Under the pieces are notes generated by a model that worked only from the letters and a program-made list of their open reading frames with translations, did not search any database and was not told the DNA's origin. Source: Macrostomum hystrix (Eukaryota; Animalia; Platyhelminthes). Taken from it: DNA of 64,000 nucleotides. Made by a program: the position numbers and the translations under genes. Location: contig CATNEN010000029.1 of assembly GCA_950097015.1 (NCBI GenBank), positions 3,348,001 through 3,412,000 on the forward strand, written 5' to 3'. Positions 34,627 to 47,970 of the stretch are shown here, one piece after another; positions within the stretch are counted from its first letter, which is position 1; each line of letters begins with the position of its first letter.

Positions 34627-37618
34627 TGAGTGTTGAAAGCAAAGATAAATGGTAGTAAGAGTAGGTAATAGATAGACAGCCAGTTTATACTGGCACATTC
34701 GTGGTTCTTAATCAAATAGAATCAAATAAAGCGCCCAAGAGTATAGTTAAAAATCATTATGCATACTAACAAAAAAAATTAGCATAAACTGCAAAACAGC
34801 AGCTGGGCAATAAAATATTGAAGGCAGAAACATAAAATAGGCGAGAATGATGGCTTCTTAAATCTGAAGCCACGCTATAGGTGGCAAGCCCAAGCAACGG
34901 CTTGGGAAATTTTACAGCAGCAAGTAGCAAGAGAGACTGGGGAGCTGGGGATTTATAGGCTAAGGCCCCACAGTATTAAAAGTGAAAAAACTCACAGTAC
35001 GCATACGAAGAAGAGAGAAATGAGGCTGGGGAGGGGAAGCGGAAAGGTGGGACATAAATCAAGCTGTTGGTTGAGCAATATAAATATAATAATTTTTTTA
35101 TATAACCAGGGGCACTAGGCAGCAACCAAGGTTCAGGAGGCCTTGGTTTGTTTAAGTGAGTTTTAGCCCGGGAGTCCGAAGAAATGACACTATTGTCAGA
35201 GCAGCGGCATCTGCGCATACACAGGCAGTCACAGCCGCCGCTTGTGTAGATTCGCCTCCATCCCTCTTTGGCCTCTTCCACACTTTGCCAACGCGACCTA
35301 TGAAGATAGAAACGGGCGGGGGTAGAGCAAGGGAGAAAGAGACACCAGGCTGGGATTGCAGGGACTCATCTAGGAGTAGGGAAGAAACTCCTCTAGGGGA
35401 TAGATGCATACACGCAGGCCGGTGGCATCCAAATTCTATCAGAAAGCAGCTCTCTCTCACACGCCCCAGACTGTGATAATAACTATAAATAAGATGCTCG
35501 GCCGGACTCTGCTAGCGCTGAGGATCTGGCATCTGAACGGGCAAGCTGACTTAATGTGCCAGTGGGAGCAAGGAGGTGATGCACTTAGAGAGGGGATCAA
35601 CGGGGCAAGAGTAAAAAAATCCAAACAGGGAAGCAAAGAGAGGAGATGAGTGAGGGGAAGAGAGAGAGAGAGAGGGCAGCAATGGCAAAGCGATGACGCG
35701 CGAAATTTGACTGATGATCTCTTTATAGAAATAGAAATGGAATATAGCCTGGAATAGGGTAGAGAAGCAGAAAAGATAACACAGCGGAGGCATTTCCTAT
35801 GACCCGAATCGAAATTTAGCCTACGATTAACTCTACTCTAGAAAATAATTTCTTGACATTTTTACCAGGGCTGCAACCTATTCCACATTCCAATCGAAAA
35901 AATCCACAATTTTTATAAATCACAAAGCCAGATGGCCTGGCTTTAGATTATAAAGATTATAAAAACTGAACTTTTGAGTTTGCACTCAAAAGTAAAACAT
36001 ATCAACAAGTCACATTTGCTTCTCATCATCAAGCAAGACCTGCGCTTCGAGTCTGGGGTCGGTATTCACCAGACCTTGCACCATGCATTCTACGAGTACC
36101 ATTAACGAGAGTTTAACGAATTTAACACAACGTTAGAGCTGTCAAATCAGAGCTACGAAGAATAATTTCTTAAGAGTTTCCGAGCTGCTTATTAACCTAG
36201 CAGCTGCCGCCTCTCGAAGGCTGCGGGTCTACCATCGCCAAATGATATACTAGTGCCTACAGTCCTGCAAATATTATTAGAGGGGAAAGTATTCTAAAAG
36301 AATGCAGCATTTAAATTGTGCACTAGTTCATAAGGCTTTATGGAAATGCAACTTGCTGAACTTTGTGCTCACACAGCCATCGCATTTAACAATCAAGGAG
36401 CATAGAAATGTGAAGGAAATTGCTTAAAATAACCTCCTTAGTTAAGAACCTCAGTTTGAGGCTACTCAACACTGTCGAGAGGAACATTTTTCAACGAACA
36501 AAAAGAAACATAATTAAGTGTGAGTTGGTATACGAGTAGATTCGAGGGTACCGTGAACGGAAGGAGAGGCCGGGGGCATCGCAATTAGTCCGGGCGAAAT
36601 CCCACTGATCCTCTCGCGTGCCCAGCTCGGCATGTCCTTCGATACCTGGGGAGACTGGACACTCCATCTCAACTATCCTCTTTTCTGACTGACCCGTCTA
36701 GGAAAAAAATCCCGAAAAGCTTCACCTACTAAGCGCGCCCCCCAGTTTAGTCAGCGTCAAACTAGAAAAGCAACTAGGGGACTAAAATCCCACCCATCCA
36801 GTCCGGATTGCTAAGCTGCAGAGCTCCGTCCAGATGAGGGCAGAACTACTGTGGATGATACAAAACAACACGCCACAGAGCTCAGCTCACGGATCAAATT
36901 CATCCGAGAGGCCTTCCCAACTACCTGCCGCCTCCCAATCCCAGGCCCGGCTTAGCTCGCGCATCCCATCGCATGGCAGTCTTCTAGATCCCATTTCACA
37001 TAACCCCTGACCACAAAACTATACTTAATGGCAACAACACAAATGACTGGGCTGAGCTGGGCACAGCGTGCTCATAACTTACCTATTGATTTCGTTTTAT
37101 TAACAAACGTATCGAAACTCTGAATAGCCTAGATTTCGACTCTGCTAAATAAAAGAACAACAAGAAGAGATTAAAATTAAAAAAACGGAAAACAAGAGGC
37201 TGGTAAAAAGAGCAGCCAATTATTTTTTTTATATTTTTCTATAAAAGAGCTGAAAAACGTAGAAAAAATGCAACAAAAACGACAATAACAATTAAAACAA
37301 TGCAGACTGAACAATGCGAACAGAACAAAAAATGCTAACCTGTAAATTAGCAACAAAGAGAGAAACAAATGCATAAAGATGGAAGTATTCAGGTATGCTT
37401 ATTATAAACCATTAAATTGCTGTTTTCTTGACAAAAAACTGTAGAACGACTGCAAAACTAAAGGAAACGGTTCAGCTTTGTTCACTCAGATTCATTAAAC
37501 GATTTTCAAAAGCTTAGGGTTCAAAAGGCGTTGGACCCAACACCCAGCACAATGGGTAAAGTTCTCGAGTAAAGTAGATCCCATACCAAAGATACCAAGG
37601 CGAATCCTCGATTTGAAC

Positions 37619-38410
37619 TCATTCTTCGTCGCTGTCGTGGCCGATGCTTTTAGCCATCCGGACGCAGTTCTGGCAGCGGGCGGAGGCATCGAGGGCCGGG
37701 TCCAGCACAACAGGATTCAGCCAGGTGGCCAGGTCAAGCAGAATGTCGAGCGCGTCCGCGTTCAAATCAGATAGACTGCGCTCGACAGTCTCTAACTGGA
37801 TGGTGAGATTCGACAGCTCCTCGCTGGCCTGGCCGTAATAATTTCTGGGATCCTGGCTGTTCAGTTGGGCCAGCTGGGTCAGCTGTTCGCGCTGCGGAGC
37901 TGGGGCCCCGGCCTCGTTCGGCGGAGGCGGGAAAGCCTCGTCGACCGCCTGCGAAGCCAATTCGAGGCACCGCATCGACCGGTTCGGAATGACCTCGATT
38001 AGCCGGTTCATGTCCTTTGCTATGGAGGCTGCTGCCAGTTCGATCTCTTCTCTCTCCATAGCATCCGCGGTTATGCTCGACGGCATCACAGGTGGCCGGA
38101 CGTGGGCAATCGGCGGCAGCGGACAACGCAACGGCGCCTGCATCACTGACTGGGCGATGCCTTTGTAATTTCGCAAAGGAAACGGCGTCGACGGCGATGT
38201 GGATTGCGACGGCGAAGTCGCAGCTGCTACGGGTGCCGGCGTCGAGCGTGCGCTGGCAGCAGCAGTAGCAGCAGGGCTAGCAACCAAAGGAGTGACAGTA
38301 GTAGTAGAAGCGGGCGTCTGCATATTGTCTCGCACAATCCGACTGCGCGCCATTAGCTCGTTAATAGCCCGCCTGAAGTCGGCAGCGTTGGAACTCTGCT
38401 GTGGGTTCAT
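37619..38410 (-). CDS. Hypothetical protein, 263 aa, single exon
   Basis: GC-rich ORF between AT-rich flanks with natural amino-acid composition: an S/T/P/A-rich linker, helical segments and a C-terminal CQNC. tttag lies 2 nt before the ATG. Confidence 0.7.
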   Translation of the reverse strand: MNPQQSSNAADFRRAINELMARSRIVRDNMQTPASTTTVTPLVASPAATAAASARSTPAPVAAATSPSQSTSPSTPFPLRNYKGIAQSVMQAPLRCPLPPIAHVRPPVMPSSITADAMEREEIELAAASIAKDMNRLIEVIPNRSMRCLELASQAVDEAFPPPPNEAGAPAPQREQLTQLAQLNSQDPRNYYGQASEELSNLTIQLETVERSLSDLNADALDILLDLATWLNPVVLDPALDASARCQNCVRMAKSIGHDSDEE

Positions 38411-38502
38411 TGCTAAATAGCCGGTAGGGGCTGCTAGCTGGAAGTAGAGTTCAATATGAGACTAAAATGTTAGCTGAGATAGAAACTCGCGAGGCTGTTG
38501 CG

Positions 38503-38645
38503 ACCCCCAGTCTATGGGATGAACATCTACCAACCCTAACCCCCACAGTCTATGGTCTAAACAGCTCCTAACCCTAACCCCACAGTCTATGGGCTGAACA
38601 TCTCCCAACCCAAAAAACCCCACAGTCTATGGGTTGAGGGTTAGC
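38503..38645. repeat. About 37-bp repeat, about 4 copies, containing CCCTAA hexamers and ending in an inverted copy
   Basis: cccc(a)cagtctatgg...aaccctaa units; the final gggttgagggttag is complementary to ctaaccctaacccc. Confidence 0.75.
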
Positions 38646-41600
38646 AGCATTGCAGCCAGCAACAGTGCGCACTTTCTGTGATTACATTAGGATAAGTGTG
38701 AACTCTTGAAGCGTAGAACGCTTTTTTAATAACATAGAAAGCAGAAAAGAGCCCTTCTGCGAGTTTTATTCGCGTTTTAAAACTAAATAACTATGGGTCC
38801 ATTCTAGCCTGATAGTACGAGTATGAAAAGTTCCTGCAGCTGCGTATCCTAAGTTCAAAGTGCTGAAATTCACAGTGCTTAAATTTTCTTATCCGTTTTA
38901 TGGCAAGATTTTTGTGACCCATTTAAGAATTCCTGCATGCAAGTGCACACTTTTAAATTTAGACGAGAAATTTGTAGGCATATAGATTATATGATACTTT
39001 TTCTGCTTGTGAAACCATTTTTTGTCGCAGTCAAAATAAACCCTTAACTGATATTGTTCCTCATGCGCCACTTTTAGTATGGCTCTCGGATACGGTTAAA
39101 TATAGAAAGCAAGTAAGTGCAAATGCAATTTGACTGCCTCCGTGGTTTAAATTATAGCTAGAATTTGAATCACGAAGCTATTTGAAGAGCCTTTTAAGTA
39201 GACCTGGCCTTACTCGAACTCGGGCAACAATTTGTATCATGCCTAGTGGGATACTAGTAGAACATCCACTCTAGGCGCTGTAACGGCACTCCAAGAGTCC
39301 AGAATTTTCAGCAAACAGTCGCTAGTCACATACATGTGCTACTAGACTGAAGGGTTCTAGACCATGAGTCAAGTGGAGCTACACGCATGACAAGATGTTA
39401 TCATACCAATACCATTACCTTGGTGGACCTTACCCACTTGGGCAGAGTGGGAAAGAGGGGAGGATAGCTTGGACAGCGTTAACATTCACTGGATGGAAGC
39501 ATGGGGACACAGGCGATGAAGTGCGGGCGGGAGGGAAAACTCAGACTAGAAAATTCAACTGGTGGCAAATGGAAAGCAAAGTGGGAACCACTCTGCGACC
39601 ATGCTTGGCGGGTTAAGGGGATAGCGAGACGAAAGGGTTGGGAGATGTTTTGAGGGCTGAGGGGATGCAGTGCCAGATAATGGGCCAGATAGAGCCTCGA
39701 AAGTATAGGAACTTGGGCAGGAAATAAATGGAAAGAAAGCAATAGTGCGCAAAAGCATTCAGTTAGGCCAGTCAAAAACAGGAGGGGCATGGCATGCGAT
39801 AGATTTTGGCAAAGAGGGGACGCAAGTCATACCAAGGATGAGGGAGAGACCAGAGGACCAGAAGCGTTGTTTGGTAGGAAGCAGTCAACCCTTCTCCCCA
39901 TCCATACCTCCCAGATAGTGGCAGATAGGGCTATGAAGGAGAGTGGAGAGGAGACAAATCAGCATTCAGTGCTAGAGCGGACAGCCTATCAATCGGCAGC
40001 GGGGTTGGGGTGAGGACGAGAGCCCGATCAGCTTTCACAGGCTCTACCTTTCCCCCTTAAGCCCGAAGAGCCAAAACTCCTCCCACAAAGCATCGCAAAC
40101 AAGTCTACAGTCCAGCTCTTAAGAGACGTCAACCAGCTGACGAGCCATCTTGGGACAGTAAAAAAGCTGTTCATTATACATCTGGCAAGCAAGAAATAGA
40201 AATATTCTTGCTGCCTGATCACTAGTGTTGAATTTCATCCAATTACATATTTAAGCAAGACGGACTACAGACGGGAGAGTCAGCGTTGAATGGTCCAGTT
40301 AGTAAGCACCTGACATCATCCAGCAGTCCCGAGTCTCTTTCTTGGCGCAAGAAAGTGCAGGCAAGACAAAGGACGTTAAAGATTTAGTCTGCAGTCTCCC
40401 AGCCAAGAAACGCCACTGGAGGCGGTAGAAGTAACATCATTTCCTCCCTCAATTTTTCTAAAAGAAACTGAGGCACGGCGATCGATTCGGCTCTTTCTCC
40501 TTCCTGTTGCACTGCGCTTCATTTCTCGTCATTCGAGCCTGCTAGAAGCCGATTTCTCTCGTCCTCATAAACATTCGCTTCTCCCCTGCCCGCCCCAATT
40601 CATTGATCCTGTGACCGAGTGCACACGAAGTTTTAACGATTGCACAAGGTCACCTCCAACTCAACTCCTGCGCCTATAGACATCAGAGCTTGCATCTTCG
40701 GCAAGAGCAACCGTGGTTGCCAGTTGACCCCTCTCCCGCCGAAGTTCCGCTATAGACAAATCTACCCAACAGCATCTGGGAAAAACATGGCAACATTTCT
40801 TTCGCATGCCGGAGGAGCAGCAGAAGAATAATCACACAAACGGATAGAAATTCGCGATGAAAAGTTGTTGGTCACACAGTCGGCTTGAAAAACTCGTTCA
40901 AATTACCAGCCGCCTTGTGTCATGAGATCGTCCAACCTGCTCCTCTTACTTGGAACTATTGGATTTTTAAATATATGTGAGTACCTAGGGTCATTATTTA
41001 GCATGCTAGTAAGAACTTTAAATTTAAAAAATTAATCAATAAATCTGAAATATACAACTAACTAAAAATCACATTCTTGATTTGACACGACAGAAAAGTT
41101 ATAACGTTTCACAACAGACGAAATTAAATAGATCTCTGATAGAGTAGATGTAAACATTTATTTGACTAGTAGCATCCGGGGTAAAGACACGGTCAGCGCT
41201 AGTCCCACAAGCTACCAGATTCGGATTAGATCCTGGCTAAAATCTGTCATATCTGCACCGAGGCTGCTAGTTTGACATACTACGTTAATTCGCTCATACA
41301 AGTTAGCAGTATCGATCAGTCATTTTTAAAGTGCTCTGCATGCGCTTGGAGCGAAGAATCATTTGAAACCTTCCCAGTCACACCCAAAAACTGCAGGAGC
41401 TAGCGGGAAATACAGGCACAGCAGGGGAGCAAGCTCTTTGGTGTGATTTCACGAGCAGCGAAGCAATCAAATCAGCTTTGCAGTCCAGTCCGGCTATCTA
41501 AAGCCCTGTGACTGCGGTGGCAGCGGAGGGCACCAAGAGTGGGATAAGAAAGAGTAGCAGCGAGGCAAAGCTTAGCTTTATGGCATGGACGGATAGTTTG

Positions 41601-42238
41601 AGAAGAGAAGACACCGTGAGATCCGTCAAGGTTAATGACCGGATTCGCCTTGGGGACGTAGGGAAACGCCCATATCCCGGGAGAGACAAAAGTCCCACCG
41701 AGTTCAATGCTAGCACGTAGGCATGCCAGCGAAGCGTGCTGTAACTCTGCATGTGGGTACTAATTTAACAAGATTAGAAGCGTCCAATAAGGGCCGACTG
41801 TGAGGGAAGTAAGAAGGCTAAGAAAGAAATCACACCTTAAATTTCTATAAATCTGAAATATATATCATTTTAGTATTTAGCAGTCACTTTTCTTGGGAAA
41901 AGCTCCGACTTGTGTCAAGATGTAGTAGAACCAACGAAGCGGAAAGTTTATAAGTGGGCAGTGATTTATGCGCCTGCATGCTTTGCACTAAAAGCAAAAT
42001 ATAATTTCTTGTGAGTAAACTAGAATACTTTTTATAGTTAAGTATGTAAAAGTAGGGAATTTTAAAGAAATGTTGAGAGACAGAATTTATTGACCTCTAA
42101 TTTAATTAAAAAAGAAATAGTGCAGAGGTTTTCATTAGTATTCAAGCGACGCATTACCATATCATGCCGAAAGTCTATAAGCAAAGAGATAACTGGCAGA
42201 TATAAAAAAATACCAAATCTATTCCAGACGAAGATCTA

Positions 42239-42772
42239 ATGGGAGACGAGGACATCGGAAAATTTGACGCCTCAGACGTGAAAAAACTGCAGCGAAAATA
42301 TGGAGTCAAGGAGAAGCGCTCGGCGATTCGTAAAATCAATCCACGAAGCGAGCTCAAAGAACACTTCGAAGATTACTCGGAGGAGCTAGTTGAGTTCCTG
42401 AAGAGGCCGCTGTTTCGCAGCCTAAGAAACTGTGGCAGAGTTAGCGAAAGTGGCTGCAACTGCTTGAAACTAATCTGTTTCGGCCAAGCAGACTGTGTCC
42501 TTAATGTCACATCAACCAGACAGAGGACGGACGATGGTCCTGACATCAAAGACCCGGTTAAACTATCTGCAGAAGACCCCAGATACGTTTATTACGTAAC
42601 AAGCAGGCGACTACGAGCCAGGCACAACTGGCAGAACCAAATCCAAGCAGTGGAAGCAACAGCAACCAGGGCAGAAAAGTCAAAGCGCCAACAGTTCCTA
42701 AAATGCCGCCAGACAACAATTAATCCATATGTGCTGTGCGACTGTAAAAAGTACACTAGGTTAGGAACATAA
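42239..42772 (+). CDS. Hypothetical basic, Cys-containing protein (or terminal exon), 177 aa
   Basis: ORF with balanced GC in an AT-rich context. Acceptor-like ttccag at 42222-42227 and AATAAA near 43013. Cys clusters CGRVSESGCNCLKLIC and CRQTTINPYVLCDC. Confidence 0.55.
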   Translation: MGDEDIGKFDASDVKKLQRKYGVKEKRSAIRKINPRSELKEHFEDYSEELVEFLKRPLFRSLRNCGRVSESGCNCLKLICFGQADCVLNVTSTRQRTDDGPDIKDPVKLSAEDPRYVYYVTSRRLRARHNWQNQIQAVEATATRAEKSKRQQFLKCRQTTINPYVLCDCKKYTRLGT

Positions 42773-45700
42773 CGCTGCTGCGGCACGGTGTACAATTAGC
42801 GCTCGAGTCGCTAGGTGCTACAAGTAACTTAGCTTCTATATAAAGATTTGCGGAGTACGCCCACACAGCTGCATAAATCTCTATATATTCTCCTCACCGC
42901 GTTATTGTGTATTACTTTGATTTTGTCAATCACCACTTCTAAAAGTTTTCCTTTCTCACGATATGCGCCAATGCTAGAAAGGTGTTTATATTTTAGAGCT
43001 GGACACGTAAAATAAAACCAATGATAAAACGATTTTATCTGCTAGTGTACAGGGTTTTTTGAAAGTTAAATCACTAGTGACAACATCTATTATCAAGTAG
43101 TAACAGATGTTAATTTGATTCATTGGCGAATTAGCATAAATGGATTAGCAGCAGACATGATCTATCAGTCCCGTTTCTTGACAAATTAGTTAGGAAAAAT
43201 GTAGCAGTTGAGAGATTCGCAAAAGTAGCTTGCCAGTGGGAGAAATAATACTAAATTAGGATTGCTTTAGCAATCTATGGAGCTGTTCGAAAATTCCTGG
43301 ATGGGGAGCATTGCGATGTCATTCGCTACAAAGAAAACCTAAAAGCTACTCCACTTAGGTAGCATTGATGTCCATAATGCATCACTAATCCAGCTCTGAA
43401 TTCCGGACAAAAATAATACACTGTTACTTTTCGGCCAAGCATTAGCCTATCAGTAGATGAGGTCCATAAAAGCCGAAATAGAAATTGAAAAAAGATGAAA
43501 ATCGCGCATAGATCGACGACAGATGGGACGACAAGCAAGTTCACTTAGGAAGCAGTGCAGTAAGAGATTTGGGCAGAAGATTGCAGTGTGCTGCTGCCGT
43601 GCTAGGCGAGAGAGAATGTTAAAGACACAGATGGGACAGTTCGTCCACTGAACCAGTGTGACAGAATGCGACCATGTGACAAGAGGCGAACAATCGAGAC
43701 GTTGCTGAACAAATGGATTGCAAGAAAAAATCGTTGACAGAAAGAGAGAGATTGTGATATGGTGCCTGGTGTAAAAAATAGGAAAGTCATTAATGCGAGA
43801 GCCTTTGTCGTGTTTCATCCCTTGTAAGTCTAACAAAAATTTAAGCCGATTATAAGTATGGAAAGTTTGTTAGCAAGCTATTAAAATGAAGGAATCCTTA
43901 GCAATACTTTTAGTCCTTATTGGGATTTAGTTTCAATCATTCGAATGATGCTTTCTTTTCTAATCAATCAGACCCTAGTTCTCGGAATCATTCAATATAT
44001 TATGTGCAGAGATTGGAGATTTGAAATGATGAAAAGAGTGCATTGCAAGGAATTTCAGCAGTTGAGAAACTAATAAACCTGGATTAGATTATGCCTTTAT
44101 CCATAAGCCAGAGAATTCAAAGAGAATGGACAGCCACGATCCGAGAATTTCTAATGAAAAAAATCGAAAGACGAAGATTCCGAATGTCAGCAAGGATCCC
44201 TGTTCAAGGTGGTCTGTCAGGAAGAGGCATGCATGGGAGCAGGCACGGAGGGACTGGAGGGAGACTGGGGAGAATCCTAGTTTGAGGAGAAGCCGAGCGT
44301 AACGAATCAGTTAATTAAAAGACTGGAGGAACCAACTCAAAAGAATCCAACTAAAAAAGGCTTTGCCCACCAAATCCCAATTATTGCGGAGTTAGGGATA
44401 GAGGGTAGGGGAGGACAGAGTTTTAGGGAAAGCTACTGAACTGAAAGGAAGAAAAGACGAAGATTAAGCAGAGAAGTAAGCTTTAAAGGTGATGCTTGGA
44501 TTCACGGCTGAATCAGTCGTGCTATTCAATGCGCAGAGTAGGGTTAAGCTTTTTGGCGTACTAGCTTAGATTGGGAGGCAAAGTACAACTCTAGCGGAGC
44601 GAACAATTCGGAGAATTTAGAAAGCCATTGATATTGCCTATGAAAGGCAATAGACCATAGACCTACTGCAGATAGCCGGATATTTCATCAAGTAGCGATC
44701 TACGTCGGAAGTAGGAAATATTAGAAAAATATTTCCAGATTCATCCGGGAAGGTGCTAAAACGCCGTCGCCAACTCTGATAGACAGACTGCATGGCACTT
44801 GCAAAATATTAAACTGGCAAAAACCCGGTGATAGCTAGTGATGAGAATGCAAAAAGTGCAAACATTGGGAAGACTTTATATGAATGACAAGTGAAAACAG
44901 GTATGGATGATAGTGTCACGACTGTTTGCTATGGGCAAACTGGATGGTGGAAACTAGTCAACTGTAAGTATTTGCTCAATGCCATCTACACCACCTGCCT
45001 ATTTCAGAGGCGCAATTTAGACAGCTGTTTTATTCGAACATCTTTCTTCTGCCATAATTGGCATATTGCAAAAAAGCCTCAGTCAGCATATGCATTCAAA
45101 GCATCTGGCACAGTTGATTGGGATAAAATTTAGAGAAATCTGAAACACGCAACATTCGCGCTACAAGCAGTCGATACCCCATAAGCCCATAACCAGTTTT
45201 TTAGGATGCGAGAAGTCTGATGCGAGTTGATTAGCTTCAAAGTAGAAAGACAAGACACTCAAAGGAGTACCGATGCCAGCAAGAGAATCTAAAGCTGCAC
45301 TAGCTTATTAGAATCACTAGAATTTTAAGTCGTTAGTTCTCGTCAGTTAAGGCAAGAAAAATATTCTCAAAGCTTTTTTATAACATCTGCCCCACTCGGG
45401 CTAGACAGCCGACTGCTTATCTTGCTAATGAGTTTCGTCTTGATAAAGGACACGTGGAATCGGAAATATCTATGATAAAACAAGTAAGGTAAGTAAGATA
45501 TATAAGATAAGGTAAGTAGATGGCTGTTCAGTGAGCTGCAACTTTATGGGTGAATTTGTATTGTAGATTCCAATTCCACATAGTAATCTACTCGAAGTAA
45601 TATAAAGTGTAGAGCGCGAATATACAACTTTCTATAATTATCAATGGATGGTGCATCTATGATCTTTGATCTTTGATCTTTTGGCTAATTATCTGTGTTT

Positions 45701-47849
45701 TTCTTACAAAATAAATTTGAAGTTTCAGTTTTCTACTAACAGTAGTAGCTACAGGCAATTGAGCTGTTCTATTTGGTTTGAAAGGATGAGGAATTGAAGT
45801 GAAGCTGCTGGGGAGTACTTCGAAAAGTGCAAAAAGTTATTTTTATTTGATGCTAATTGATTCTGTGCATCCAGAAAACTTTTTAACACCCTGCACTTAT
45901 CTTATCTTTGTATTAGACATTAAAAAATCATTCATTGTGAAGGTACCAAGCCCTGTCTGAAAACCATGGGTAAATTATCTATTTGGACCTTATTTTTATT
46001 GCACTTTCACCTGTGGTTATTATCTATTTAATCATTCAATGATCCTGTTTTTTAAATTAATTAATAGACAATAATTTCGTGACATACTACTTTACTTCTG
46101 TGTTTTTAAGGTACTAAAAAGGTAAATGTGAACAAAGAGTGCATAAACTTATCAACAATAACTCAGATAAACAAATCTAACACAGAGAGATCAAGCTTGT
46201 ACTGCAAATTGTAAATAGGCTACAATAAATTGTAGCATGTTTAATGACATGCTTTCTACCATAATTGTAGGTCTTTAGATTGGCTATAGAAAGATTGACA
46301 GAAGGTCAGAAGCTATATTTTCTTATAATCAAAGCTAACTTATTAAGTGGATAAGTAAAAGCATGGACTGCCAATCTGTAATATTTGTCAATAATTTGAA
46401 TGTTCCTTTACGATTTGCTTGTGAATTTTATAGATTTCACTTTCCACATTGTGGCTTGTATCTCTAGATGACAAAAGAAAATATAGACCTTGGAAGGTTC
46501 AAATTGTCAACTGTCTAGAAATATCATTCTGGAGATCTCAAACTGGTTTATAATATTGTTGGATATTAAGACTATTGAAATGAAACTGTCAAACCATTAC
46601 AAAAGTATTACATGGAATCAAAGCATAATGGAGCATGCCAAAAATTGGAGCACCAGATATCACAAAATATAAAGGGGATTTAGGCGTAATGGGTGCACAA
46701 CATTTCTTATTGGCATAAATTATGTCTGCAAGAAATTTGGGAGATTCTGGCACACTGAGCATGATCCTAACTAGCATGACATCCTTATTAGTCTAGACCA
46801 TAAACTGAAAAATAATTATAGGCAACCAGCAGAGGGATAGACTAAATAGGCCCCAAAGACAGGCACAGACAGTTGAACTCAATTGGGTGGCATTAGGCTA
46901 AAGTAGATTTTTTTCTATCCTTAATTCTAAAATGTGCATTTGTAGCTCTTCATTATTCCAATAGTGGCATAATTGGCCTAAGAAATTGAATTGCTACCAG
47001 AGCCAAACAAATATTTCAACAGTACCTATTTTGCTAACAATTTATATGCACTGAAAAAATATCTTAATATCTTAAAATTAAGATATTAAAAATATCTTAA
47101 CCATAGTCAGGACTTTATTCCAGATCATGCAGGCCATATCTCAGAAGAAATTTGACATGCTTTCTTCAGGTTACACCAAATTATACCAAGTGAAAAACTA
47201 GCCCAGAACCATACATGTGCAACCTCCCAAATCTTAGCTGGCCGTGCGACTTAGTTCATTTCATTGCTCTATTTACGACTTAGTTTGCTCTTATTTGCTC
47301 TCTTTTTCTCTCCCCTTTTTCCTTTTCTTCACGCCTTCCTTTTTTGTCCCTTGGTCCCCCCCTTTGATTTTTTTGTGCTTGGTCGATTGGTTTTTGCGAC
47401 TTACCTTGTTTGGCCCTCGTTTCACCCAGCCGGTTTGGCCGGGTGTTGCGCATGTATGCCCAGAACTTTACACCAAATTGCACCAGTTAGAAAAGTATAC
47501 CCAGAATTTTAAAAAATGTGCAAACTGGTTACCATTAAATATAGATTTTAATTCAAAATGGCAAACAATCAAACATAAATTAGCCTATAGCATGGCCTAC
47601 TAATTTGTAAAAATAGGCCTATATATAATTTCACATTACACATTTTTGATTAGAAAGTGACTACAAAATTTATTTTGTCATGAGATTGCTATTGACTAGC
47701 TTTTATGCATTATGATTAATAAGTGAAAATCAAATTAAGATCAATTATTCACAAATAAAGCTTTCTAACATTGGTTAAAGCTACATTTTTTGTAAGTTAT
47801 GCTCAAAGAACAACATTTGATAAAAAGTTATCAAACTTTAATGTAAAAA

Positions 47850-47970
47850 ACAAAAAACTCCTATCTTACTAGTCCATTTTTCTAATGGTCTTTGTCTAGA
47901 CTATCGAGTCAGGATAGTATTTAATTTGGAAAATTCTGGTATACCTTGACTTTAGTAAAGCACATATTGC
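47850..47970 (+). mobile_element. Possible decayed CR1/L2-type LINE RT remnant
   Basis: ILVYLDFSKA at 47933-47962 matches the YLDFSKAFD RT motif. The flanks are too degraded to extend it. Confidence 0.3.

Noticed and set aside
35970-35993. Perfect 10-bp hairpin acttttgagt-ttgc-actcaaaagt
   Set aside because: Isolated, with no CTRR end or other context; plausible by chance in 64 kb.
34680-36000. Purine-skewed sequence with faint tyrosine-recombinase/DIRS-like words; similar sequence at 39300-40450 and 41500-41750
   Set aside because: No motif is strong enough to support a call. Probably decayed retroelement DNA; would need a translated HMM search.
44090-44720. Faint LINE RT-like peptide fragments
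   Set aside because: Too degraded; no intact catalytic or diagnostic motif.
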